52,349 nucleotides of DNA from a virus. Lineage: Duplodnaviria > Heunggongvirae > Uroviricota > Caudoviricetes. The position numbers and the translations under genes were made by a program. Location of the stretch: positions 1 through 52,349 of the IMG/VR virus record IMGVR_UViG_3300037311_000024; one strand, written 5' to 3'. Under the pieces are notes generated by a model, which was not told where the DNA came from, searched no databases, and saw only the letters and a program-made list of their open reading frames with translations. Shown here piece after piece: positions 26,143-35,219 of the stretch (its first letter is position 1; the number at the start of each line of letters is the position of its first letter).

Positions 26143-28479
26143 TTACAGCTGCCCAACTACCTGTACGTTCACGATCAGATTCTTCTGAGTCGGAACGGCA
26201 GGGTCCCGCGAGACTACCCCAATCCTAATTACGAAGTCACCAGCTACGAAGCTGTTCACGCCGATAGACGGCTTGGTGGCTGTTAGGTTTCCGGCCTTGT
26301 CGACGTACAGCACGTCGCCGTTGTTAAATCCTGACACGTTAAGTACGATACCTGAGACGGTTACGCTACCTTGAGCTGCGTTGGCGATGCCGTCTGTTAC
26401 GACGCCTACCGTACCGATGCAGTCGGCCTCTACAGCTACGTCAACAGTATCCAAGAACCCGTTACTGTCAATACGAACTGGAGTAAGCTTTGGAAGGTTT
26501 CCGCCTGACTGGTTTTCGAGAGTCAAAGCGTTAGCAGCCGAAGAGCCGCCGCCAGAGATAGCGGTAGACACGTTCGTGATGCTTGAGCCGTTCTTCTTGT
26601 ACATCAGGTCGCCAGCAGCGTTAACGTACAGGCCGTCTTGGGCTGGAAGCGGGTCGGACGACTCTCGAGTGAACGTGATACCTTTCGGGTCGATGACGCC
26701 AGATACGTCCATGTCACCGTTAACTTTTAGTAGTTTTCCAGAAGGGCCGCTGATCTCAACTGGGTTACCAGCAGTGACCGTGATGGTACGACCAATGTTG
26801 TAAGCGTCTTGTAAAGATCCAGAGCCGCTGCCAGAAGCAAAACCTCCGGCGGTGTCGAGTCGGAACGTAAGTTCGTCGTCAACCTCTAGGTCAACTTGAA
26901 TCTGAATGGTGCTTGACGAAGCTCCAGAAAGTCCGACAGGAGTCCAGTCGATACCTTCAAACAGGTACACACCGTTCAAGAAGACTTCAAGATCTCCTCG
27001 ACCTACGATGTAGACTTGAGTCGTGTTGCTGTCTCTAGAGTCTAGCGGAAGAGAGATGTTAGTTCCGGCGGTGATCGGGCCAGTAACTTCGTTATCGTTG
27101 GCAGGTGCGCCGCTGACTACCAGAAGACGCTCGTCGTAGACGTTACCGGCAAGGATGGCTGCCAAGTAGTTAAGGTCGTCAGAGATCGCGCTGATCGCGG
27201 TGACCAGCGAGTCAGAGATCGTGAAGGTAGAAGGAAGAAGTACGCTTGGGACCGAGGTATAAGGAACTGAGGTTGCGGTCTCTGGATCAAATCCTAAAAA
27301 CTCTCTCAGAACTTCGGTCATCTCGTCGCTGATCTGATGCGATTCTCCAGCTTCAAGCTCACCAAGGCCGCGAACGTAGATACGGCTACCAGCGTCGCGG
27401 AAAGCAAGCCAGTACACGTTATCGTTGTTCGGTACGGAACCGCGAGGAGTAATTCTGTAGTTCAGCGAAGTTACGCCTACAGAGTCGTAGGTGACGTTCG
27501 CTAGCGGATCGGGAAGCTCGACCCACAGCACGTTGTCTGCAGGGATCGTGATCGCACCAGCTGCTTGCTGGCGGGTAAGAGATAGTACGTTGGTAGAGTT
27601 GAAGAGTCTGATATACGCGAGGACATCGCTATCAAGCGGAGTTCCTGAGTCATCGCTGATGCTGAGCTGAGTACCAGACCAGCTGAATCGAGCAGACGAG
27701 GTGGCGGCAGTAATGACGCTTAGACCTACGTTTTGAAAGATCCCGCTAAGAGTTACCGGAGCAAGCTCGAACCAGTATGCAGTGCCTTTGATCTCACGGA
27801 TAGAGTCCATGAGAGCTGCGTTCATCTGTCTCTGATTCTTGATGTCCTTATCAGCTCCTGAGAACTGCGTGTTAGCGGGTTCTGTGCGAGAGGACCAAGA
27901 ATATCCAGAAAGCGGGTTTGAACCGCTGCCCAAGCGATATAGAAGATCTCTAGAGTCACGAATCGCGGTGATGACTCCGGAGCCGTTGACGTCGACTTCA
28001 CAAACCTTAACCTTGTCTGGATCTCCAGAGAAGTTAGAGGTCGAGATGCTCAACTCTGCTTTAAGATATGTAAAAGTGTCGACGATCTGAGAGAACTCTG
28101 CACCAGCACCGCCAGCCGCAGTTGGGTCCCAGAAAGCTCGAGAATCTGCTCCGCCTGTGTCCTGATCGAGCGTGATCTCTACGTAGTTCGTAGTTCCAGG
28201 AGAGAGGCTTGTGGTTTGAAGGGCTGCAAGAGAGGGTGCTCCAACAAACAGTGCGCCGTCGTCTGCGCCTACGAGACAGGCAGCGTCTGCTACAGCTACC
28301 GATAGAGTATTGGTACCGATGCCGGTGGCGAGAAAGCCTTCGACTACGAAGTTGGCGGAAGCCTGTGTCTTCTTTAGGATTTGTTTGAGATCTGCGCAAA
28401 CGAAGTCCTCGATCCGTTTAAAATCCGGAAGGTCAAGTCTCTCGTTTGGAAGTATCCTAACTCGTTGGAGTAATGCCAT
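26143..28479 (-). CDS. Baseplate-peripheral / fibre attachment protein (778 aa)
   Basis: It follows the wedge genes, is beta-rich and multidomain, and shares domains with the neighbouring virion proteins. Confidence 0.65.
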   Translation of the reverse strand: MALLQRVRILPNERLDLPDFKRIEDFVCADLKQILKKTQASANFVVEGFLATGIGTNTLSVAVADAACLVGADDGALFVGAPSLAALQTTSLSPGTTNYVEITLDQDTGGADSRAFWDPTAAGGAGAEFSQIVDTFTYLKAELSISTSNFSGDPDKVKVCEVDVNGSGVITAIRDSRDLLYRLGSGSNPLSGYSWSSRTEPANTQFSGADKDIKNQRQMNAALMDSIREIKGTAYWFELAPVTLSGIFQNVGLSVITAATSSARFSWSGTQLSISDDSGTPLDSDVLAYIRLFNSTNVLSLTRQQAAGAITIPADNVLWVELPDPLANVTYDSVGVTSLNYRITPRGSVPNNDNVYWLAFRDAGSRIYVRGLGELEAGESHQISDEMTEVLREFLGFDPETATSVPYTSVPSVLLPSTFTISDSLVTAISAISDDLNYLAAILAGNVYDERLLVVSGAPANDNEVTGPITAGTNISLPLDSRDSNTTQVYIVGRGDLEVFLNGVYLFEGIDWTPVGLSGASSSTIQIQVDLEVDDELTFRLDTAGGFASGSGSGSLQDAYNIGRTITVTAGNPVEISGPSGKLLKVNGDMDVSGVIDPKGITFTRESSDPLPAQDGLYVNAAGDLMYKKNGSSITNVSTAISGGGSSAANALTLENQSGGNLPKLTPVRIDSNGFLDTVDVAVEADCIGTVGVVTDGIANAAQGSVTVSGIVLNVSGFNNGDVLYVDKAGNLTATKPSIGVNSFVAGDFVIRIGVVSRDPAVPTQKNLIVNVQVVGQL

Positions 28480-28508
28480 CTTCTTATACCTTATTCTTCT
28501 CTAGGTCG

Positions 28509-28519
28509 ATTTTACCACA
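28509..28519 (-). promoter_or_regulatory. Extended -10 TGTGGTAAAAT flanked by a 7-bp inverted repeat
   Basis: -10 at 28509-28514; AGGTCGA (28503-28509) and TCGACCT (28522-28528); AAGAATAAG at 28490-28498. Confidence 0.6.
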
Positions 28520-28532
28520 GGTCGACCTTAGG

Positions 28533-30419
28533 TTAAAACACCAGCGGTCCTTGTCCGGTCCTTGCACCTTGGTAGCTTGCAAGCTCAGGAGGTCCGCAGT
28601 CTCTGCACACGCATTCAAAAAGAGCTTCTGGGAAAGCTATGATGAAACGGATCACTACGCCAGCGGCTAGAAGCTGTCTTATGAGCTTCTGAGCGGCTGC
28701 CCGAGCTTCCTCAGTTCCTACGACGTACACTGGGTAATCGGCTCCCGTAGCCCTAGGAATCGTGGGTTGATCAGAGATCAGGTTTACTTTCCTACCAGCG
28801 ACGTGTTGATTCTGAAACGTGTAGCTGGCGTCGATAAGTAAAGTTGAGTTATTTGGTCTAGCGTTGTACTGAATCGGGCCTTCCTGCTCACTTCGTCCGA
28901 AGTTCAGCAATATCTTTCCGGGCTGGTTTGGAAAGCTTGCGGCGTTCGATAAAGAGATGCTGGGTTGAATAGAACCCGCTGAGATGTTCGAGGCTAGCTC
29001 TGTACTCGTACCGGTTACCGTAAACAGCTGTCCCACCGGATCAAAGATGTAAGCCGAGGGGTAGTTAGACAGGATCAGGTCTGGGTCTTCTTGAAGTGAG
29101 GTTGCGAAGGCTAGCAAGGTGTTAGCCGTGCCTCCTGTGATCTGATACTCTGCGGCTCCTGCAGAAGTTCGAAGTCCTACAGTCTTGTACTGATCACGAG
29201 TAGCGGTGAACGCTTCCAGGAATGGAACCTGAGCGTTGATGACGTCAACGATCTCTTCGGCAAGAACTCGAGTAGGATCTGCGAAGTCTGATGCGTGGTT
29301 AAAGTTTACAGTAAACGGTGAACTATCAACCGTGAGGGTAAGGGTAGAAGTTGGCCCTAGGGTCGAGAAGTCAAAAACTTCTTCCGAAGAGAAGATCTCT
29401 GTCTTAGTCTGCTTAGGGTGCGCCGAGCCAAGTAGCGATCGTCTGAGAACTGGAACAGAGCTTGGGATCTTTACCACGATCTCGTTCGGGTTAACCTCAA
29501 ACACCGAGCATCGAACGTCTGTCTGCTTGGTCAGAGAGAAGTTCAATCTTGCTGGGCTGTTAGCATCGCCTCCGGTGACCTGGATAGCTCCTAGAAGACC
29601 TGCGGTGTTAGTACGGATGTTCAAGCGGTTACCAGCGATAGGATCTAGGTACTTACTTGCCGTGATGAACTTAGAGTGTTCGGGGCTTGCGTTGATAAAC
29701 GCTACGAGTTCGTCTACGGTTACGGCAGTGATGTTGGCGAAAGCGTTTGGTGTAAATCGTATGGTACGTTCTTCTCTAGAATCTGAAGAGTAGGAAAGCT
29801 CTCTGATGACTCCTTTTGACACGGCTACGTTGACAGCTACGGGGCTGTTCCATGGCGTGCTAAGTTCTAGAAGAGTGTTGTTGAAGATCGCCGAAACTTT
29901 CTGATAGGTGTATCCGGACGCCGTGGCTACCTTGATGTAGTCGCCTGGGTTCAGTTCCGTAGTAAACGAAGTCCCTACGCCTTTTACGCGGTTGTCGCCT
30001 TTCACGAAAGAAGCGGTTCCAGTCAGTACGGACGCGGGACCAAAGTTGTAAGTCTCTACGTTGCCGCTGTTCACGTTAGGTCTGGTAAACCCCTGACCCC
30101 AGAACACGTCAAGCAAGGCGATGATAGTCTGACGAACTTGTTTCGGAAAGAAGGACAGAACAGGAATCAAATTCCTGAAGTCATCGTCGCCTAAGCCTAA
30201 ATCTGGATCTCTGGGAACGCCTACGTTGTTGCCGAGATAGTCTAGGTATCGACCTTCAGCTTCGTCTACGAACAGCTGAGACTTAGTATTCTTGATCTGA
30301 ATGTCAATCTCGTCGTCGGACAGACCCCAAGCCTGGAGTAGTCCTCGGATCATAGTGTTCGTTTCGGCCTTGTAGAACCCCGGAAGAGTTCTAGCCATGC
30401 GTTCAAACTTTGATGGCAT
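28533..30419 (-). CDS. Baseplate wedge subunit (P2 gpI-like N-terminus)
   Basis: EAEGRYLDYLGNNVGVPR...DDDFRNLI is typical of gpI-like wedge proteins. It lies directly after the J-like gene. Confidence 0.75.
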   Translation of the reverse strand: MPSKFERMARTLPGFYKAETNTMIRGLLQAWGLSDDEIDIQIKNTKSQLFVDEAEGRYLDYLGNNVGVPRDPDLGLGDDDFRNLIPVLSFFPKQVRQTIIALLDVFWGQGFTRPNVNSGNVETYNFGPASVLTGTASFVKGDNRVKGVGTSFTTELNPGDYIKVATASGYTYQKVSAIFNNTLLELSTPWNSPVAVNVAVSKGVIRELSYSSDSREERTIRFTPNAFANITAVTVDELVAFINASPEHSKFITASKYLDPIAGNRLNIRTNTAGLLGAIQVTGGDANSPARLNFSLTKQTDVRCSVFEVNPNEIVVKIPSSVPVLRRSLLGSAHPKQTKTEIFSSEEVFDFSTLGPTSTLTLTVDSSPFTVNFNHASDFADPTRVLAEEIVDVINAQVPFLEAFTATRDQYKTVGLRTSAGAAEYQITGGTANTLLAFATSLQEDPDLILSNYPSAYIFDPVGQLFTVTGTSTELASNISAGSIQPSISLSNAASFPNQPGKILLNFGRSEQEGPIQYNARPNNSTLLIDASYTFQNQHVAGRKVNLISDQPTIPRATGADYPVYVVGTEEARAAAQKLIRQLLAAGVVIRFIIAFPEALFECVCRDCGPPELASYQGARTGQGPLVF

Positions 30420-30428
30420 TACTCCTCC

Positions 30429-33400
30429 TTATCCGATGATCAGGTCCGCTTGAGCAAGACGTGCAAGCTCCCCGTCCGCGATCACGATGTTGTTAGTGTG
30501 GTTAGAGATCTCCACGTCATAGACTCCTGCAACGGACTGAGCTGCGGCTACGATCTCCGAAAGAACGACATCTTGGCCTACACCTCTAGAGTTGATGTAC
30601 TCCGAAACCGCTGTTCTGATGCCGTCGCTTACCGAGGACAAGCTGATGCCTTCTTCCGTAGTGACGTCGATGATGAGCTTGATACGAACCAAGACTGGAG
30701 GGAGAACTTCAAACTGAGTTCCCGCAGCTCCGACGCCTGGATAGTTTGTGGCATCGCGGTCGAGACCGTCGATGGTCCACTGCGCTTGCTGAATAAGTCC
30801 GGTGTAGAACTTGTAACCGTCAACACCTTCTACCTGTACGCTTGAGAAGTTCAGACCATTAACGTCTCGAATGGTTCCCTTACGTCCGGGAGTAAATCCA
30901 GTGACGTCGATGAGAGCGTTTGCTTGGTCGTTGAAGTTGATGGTGTAGGGCGCTGTCGTTCCAACGATGTCTGACACGTAGGCTGTTCTACTGATACGGA
31001 ACGTGTCGTTGACGTTGAGCGCGTTTGGAGCGGCGCTAGTAAGCACGATTTGGCCGGTCACGTTGTTGTAAGACGCGATCGTAGTTTTATGTCCCTTACT
31101 TCCACCCGACAAGATCTCGATGGTCATGCCGGTGAAGTAGTTAGGAATAGCAGTAATCATAGAAGTGTCTACGATCGTATCGTAAGGAGCAGATACGTCT
31201 CCGGTCGTGATAACGCCGTCAACGGACAGCAGCACGAACAAGCCTTTAGCAAGACCTGCCTTAGACTGTGTCTCCACGTCGTTGATAGGAGATCCTCCGG
31301 GAACTCCCGAGATGGCGATGCCTAGACTGTTGGCAGTTCCTCCGGTCACGAAGACTTTGCCCTGACTTCCAGGAGTCTTGGTAGAAAGCTGAACAACGTC
31401 ACCAGTGATACCTACGACTTCAGGACTTGCGACGACCGAGATGGTCGTAGTGTTTAGATCCTTAAGAAGCTTCACGACGTTCTCTGCCGTTCTAGGTACA
31501 AGGCTGAACTGGTCTCCAACCGCGATAGGGTTAGGGAGTGTGTTAGGAAACACGTCAGAGTAAGTAAACACTCCAGAAGTACCGGTGTAACCCGTAACCC
31601 TTTGAACAGAACCTTCGTTAGCGCCTGAGGTCCAGTAGATCCAGAAGTCTACGAAGTGACCGTTAGTTAGGTATTTAGCTCCTAGCGCAAGTGCTGCGAA
31701 CGTGGTGAGCGTTACGGTGGTGACGGTGCCTTTGACCTCAACCGGAACAGAGAAGGTCTTGTTAAGGTTGTCGCCATCAAAGATGGCTACCAGGGTCTGA
31801 TTAGGTCCTAAGGTGAACCCTTCAGAAGCTGGGTTACCGCCTTTGTCGTCGTTGTCTGTGATGACGAACGCGGTGTTGTTTAGTTGATTAACTTGCTCAG
31901 ACGTAGGAAAAGCTAAGACGCTGTTTGCAGTTCCGCCTTTGATCTGGACCTTTCCGATCTCAGAAAAGTTGGCGGTCTTGACTCGAACCTTAAGAAGGTT
32001 GGTGACCTCTGCGATTGCTCCAAGAAGCTGTGAGTTAAGCGCTGCTGCTACTTCGGTCGCCTGTGCGTTTGCGGGATCGGCAAAATCTGTGGCGTGAGTA
32101 AAGGTTACGATCTGACACAGGACAAATTTGTCCCCGATGGAGATGGGGTTCGTAAAACCGGCTGTGGTCGTGATCTGACCGGTAGCGGTGTTGTAGGTTG
32201 TTACGGTGGAGGTCTGTCCTATGTTAAGGCCGCTGATCCACTCGATGTGGAATCCGACGAACAGGTTAGCTTCATATCCGATGAGCCCTGTGTCGATGAA
32301 GTTGTCGTAAGGAGCACTACCATCTCCGGTAGATACTGTTCCTTCAAACCCACCGTCTACGCACACGATAAGATCAGAGCTAGCGCCTAGTCCGGTGAAG
32401 TCATAGGTCTCTGGAATGGAGTCTACCAAAGCTCGGGTATTGATGGAGCCCGCTGTAAGCGAGTCTCCCGCGACCAAAGCTGAAGCAAGCTCGATCTGTC
32501 CGTTGGATCGGTTGAGGGTATAGTCTTTGTTTTTACCTTGTGCTACCTCGCCAAAGTTCATCTTGGACGCCGGAACACCTGAGAGGTCATCTCCTCGGTA
32601 ACCTTCCGCTAAGTACAGTACGGTATTGCTTTCGATGCTCTCGATCTTAGTCCAAGAGCCAGTACCGTCTGCGTTAGCTTTGATCCACTGACCTTCAGAA
32701 AGTTCCGTCAAGAAGGCTGTGCCTACGCCGGTCACAACCTGGCTGTTTCCGACAAAGCTTAGAGTTCCGGTCAAAGCTGCAACGCTACAGAAGCCAAGGG
32801 CAGAGGCTGCGCCACCGCCTACAACCTGCATCTTAGACTCTGCGCTGTTCTCAAGCTCAGAGATGAACTTGATGCGAGAGTTGTTTACGGCAAGCTCAAC
32901 TTTAGAAAGATTAAGCTCCTTGTCGACTCTTGCAAAAACCTCGTCAGCAAGCGCTTGGCTTGCGTTCGAGAAATCGTTAGGTCCAAACGAGATGATCTCC
33001 GTCTCGTAAAGGTCACCGTTCGCGGCTACTTCTAGTTGCGGCGAGTTCCATATGATGACGTTGCCTAAACCGCCTCCGGTTGCAGGGTACGCTTCTTCCA
33101 AGATGAGCTTGGTAGCAGAAACGATGGTCTTAACTTTTCGGTAGAAGATGTCTGCGTCGGTAGAAAACTTAACGTAGTCACCTGGGCTTAACAGCTCATC
33201 GAAAGGCTCGGTACCAGACACCGCCTTAGTGACGATTCTAGAATTAGGGGTCACGGTGATGTCTGAGTCCGTACTTGTATACACAGTAGCTGCTAGGTTG
33301 TATGGTTGCGCAAGGCTGATCACCGAAGCCGTTACGCCGTCTTTAGTCAGAAGCTTGTCGTTCTTGTAAAGCTTAAGCGTGGCTACTTCAAGCTCAGAAA

Positions 33401-34784
33401 AGTTCAAAGCTGTCTGTGCGGTTGATGCTGAGTCTATCTGAACCTCTTCGTTGGTTCTTGCGCGAGGGGTGATGATAACTTTTCGTCCTAAAGATTCGGT
33501 AACAGTTCGAGCTTCGACAAGCGTTGAACGGTTATTGATGGCTTCTGAGATCTCAGTTGCCAAAGCCTTTCCTAAGGTTTCAAAATCAGAAGCCAAGAAG
33601 GTAAAGGTCTCTTCGTCTGTACCAACTCGTACGATGATGGTTTCTGTTCCTGACAGAGCAAAGGGTTCGATGTTCTGAGATACCAAGCTCGCTTTAAGAA
33701 GCGGAAAATTTTGCAGCTGAAAGAACTGCTCGCCTCCGGTTGCTTGCGTCATCAAAGTTTCAAGGCCTATGCCAGTAAAGCTAGGTTCTAAGCCACGACC
33801 GTTGTCGATGTAGACCTTAGTCGGACCGTCTGCCAAGTTCACGGGAGGAACGACGTTTGCGCTGACGATGCTTGAGTTAGTAGCTTCGTCTACCAATCCT
33901 AGGATTCCGTTCTGGATAGATTGACGGGTTCCGCGAGAAAGAGATTGAATGGTGTTGCGGATTCTATCTCTAAGTTGTTGGTCAGTTTCTTGATCTCTGC
34001 CGTTCACGAACGGAAGCGGGTTGTTGACCGCAGCTCCGGTGAAAGGAATGTTAGGAAACGAGATAATCGAGTTCGCGGGGACTCGGTATCCGCCAGCTTG
34101 TAGCGCGGTTACGAGTACGTTCTCAAAAGTGTCTTCGCCGTCTAACAGCTCGATAGACTGGTTAAGCTCAAACTTGATGGCCTCGCTGACGTCGCTCTCT
34201 GGAATCTCTACTTCGGTTCCGGCGTCTACAACTCGACTACCGCCCTGTGCAAGCACTACCGTCTCGTCAGTTCCGTGATCGTTGATCAAAGCTGAGTCGA
34301 GCGTAATCTCCCAGTAGGAGGTGTTGTCCACAGGAGCTGCTGAGTAGGTTGTAGATTCAGAGTTTACAGTACCACGACCTATGTAGATGGTTCCGGCAGC
34401 TGGTAGGTCAGACGCATCATCTACGAAGATGCTGATAGAACCTGCGGTAGGTCCGGGAAGACCTGCATAGATCTTGGTTGAGATCTTGGTAAACGTAAGA
34501 TCCTTGATGGTAACAAAACCGGTATGAGACTGAGCTTGAAGTCTGGTAAGACCAAACTCGGACGCACGCTTGTCGAGGTCTTCGCCTTCAGTAGTATCTA
34601 AGTTGTAGTTCCGGATGATGTTAAGCATCTGGACGTAAGCTTGAAAATCTTCCTGCGCGGCGGCTTCTAAAAGGGTGAGGATCACCGAGCCGTCGGTAAA
34701 ATCGTTGATGGGAGTCTCAGCAGCCACCTTGGCGGCCATCGAGCCTACGATTTGCGGAAAAGATTTTAGTGTCAGCTTTGCCAT
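30429..34784 (-). CDS. Baseplate J-like wedge protein, enlarged (1451 aa)
   Basis: N-terminal LDTTEGEDLDKRASEFGLTR and GRDQETDQQLRDRI, C-terminal EYINSRGVGQDVVLSEIV, with a large repeat-containing insert between them. Confidence 0.88.
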   Translation of the reverse strand: MAKLTLKSFPQIVGSMAAKVAAETPINDFTDGSVILTLLEAAAQEDFQAYVQMLNIIRNYNLDTTEGEDLDKRASEFGLTRLQAQSHTGFVTIKDLTFTKISTKIYAGLPGPTAGSISIFVDDASDLPAAGTIYIGRGTVNSESTTYSAAPVDNTSYWEITLDSALINDHGTDETVVLAQGGSRVVDAGTEVEIPESDVSEAIKFELNQSIELLDGEDTFENVLVTALQAGGYRVPANSIISFPNIPFTGAAVNNPLPFVNGRDQETDQQLRDRIRNTIQSLSRGTRQSIQNGILGLVDEATNSSIVSANVVPPVNLADGPTKVYIDNGRGLEPSFTGIGLETLMTQATGGEQFFQLQNFPLLKASLVSQNIEPFALSGTETIIVRVGTDEETFTFLASDFETLGKALATEISEAINNRSTLVEARTVTESLGRKVIITPRARTNEEVQIDSASTAQTALNFSELEVATLKLYKNDKLLTKDGVTASVISLAQPYNLAATVYTSTDSDITVTPNSRIVTKAVSGTEPFDELLSPGDYVKFSTDADIFYRKVKTIVSATKLILEEAYPATGGGLGNVIIWNSPQLEVAANGDLYETEIISFGPNDFSNASQALADEVFARVDKELNLSKVELAVNNSRIKFISELENSAESKMQVVGGGAASALGFCSVAALTGTLSFVGNSQVVTGVGTAFLTELSEGQWIKANADGTGSWTKIESIESNTVLYLAEGYRGDDLSGVPASKMNFGEVAQGKNKDYTLNRSNGQIELASALVAGDSLTAGSINTRALVDSIPETYDFTGLGASSDLIVCVDGGFEGTVSTGDGSAPYDNFIDTGLIGYEANLFVGFHIEWISGLNIGQTSTVTTYNTATGQITTTAGFTNPISIGDKFVLCQIVTFTHATDFADPANAQATEVAAALNSQLLGAIAEVTNLLKVRVKTANFSEIGKVQIKGGTANSVLAFPTSEQVNQLNNTAFVITDNDDKGGNPASEGFTLGPNQTLVAIFDGDNLNKTFSVPVEVKGTVTTVTLTTFAALALGAKYLTNGHFVDFWIYWTSGANEGSVQRVTGYTGTSGVFTYSDVFPNTLPNPIAVGDQFSLVPRTAENVVKLLKDLNTTTISVVASPEVVGITGDVVQLSTKTPGSQGKVFVTGGTANSLGIAISGVPGGSPINDVETQSKAGLAKGLFVLLSVDGVITTGDVSAPYDTIVDTSMITAIPNYFTGMTIEILSGGSKGHKTTIASYNNVTGQIVLTSAAPNALNVNDTFRISRTAYVSDIVGTTAPYTINFNDQANALIDVTGFTPGRKGTIRDVNGLNFSSVQVEGVDGYKFYTGLIQQAQWTIDGLDRDATNYPGVGAAGTQFEVLPPVLVRIKLIIDVTTEEGISLSSVSDGIRTAVSEYINSRGVGQDVVLSEIVAAAQSVAGVYDVEISNHTNNIVIADGELARLAQADLIIG

Positions 34785-34796
34785 GATTCCTCGCCG

Positions 34797-35216
34797 TTAT
34801 GTTGGTACAGCAAACTGAAGCGGTACTTCAATTCCAGTATTGGCCAACGTCACTCTCAAGTCTACTAGGATGACGTCTCCTAAAACTTGAACGGTTACGT
34901 CTACGTTATCAAATCTTGCGTCCCTAGTCAACGACTGCAGGATCTGCGTCTTGATCTCTAAGGCGTTCTTGGTCTTCTCTCCGATCTGAAGACTCGTCCC
35001 AAGCTCGGGGTGGTATACCAGACCGCCCGGCTCAACATTAAGCTTAACATAAACAGCTTGAGCAGCGTTCTGGACTCCGGCTACGAGCTTGAGGTCGTTC
35101 AGGTTGTTAAGCTCAAGATCGCCGTCTTGGTTAATCTTAAGGTCGACTCCAAGACTCTTCTCAAACTCGCTCAGGTTCTTAGTAAGTGCGTTTTCTGGGC
35201 CGCGTAAGATTGCCAT
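34797..35216 (-). CDS. Baseplate gp25-like (sheath initiator) protein
   Basis: GDL...GVQNAAQAV..KL.VEPG.L.YHPELG and LTRDARF, at the expected position before J. Confidence 0.8.
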   Translation of the reverse strand: MAILRGPENALTKNLSEFEKSLGVDLKINQDGDLELNNLNDLKLVAGVQNAAQAVYVKLNVEPGGLVYHPELGTSLQIGEKTKNALEIKTQILQSLTRDARFDNVDVTVQVLGDVILVDLRVTLANTGIEVPLQFAVPT

Positions 35217-35219
35217 ACG

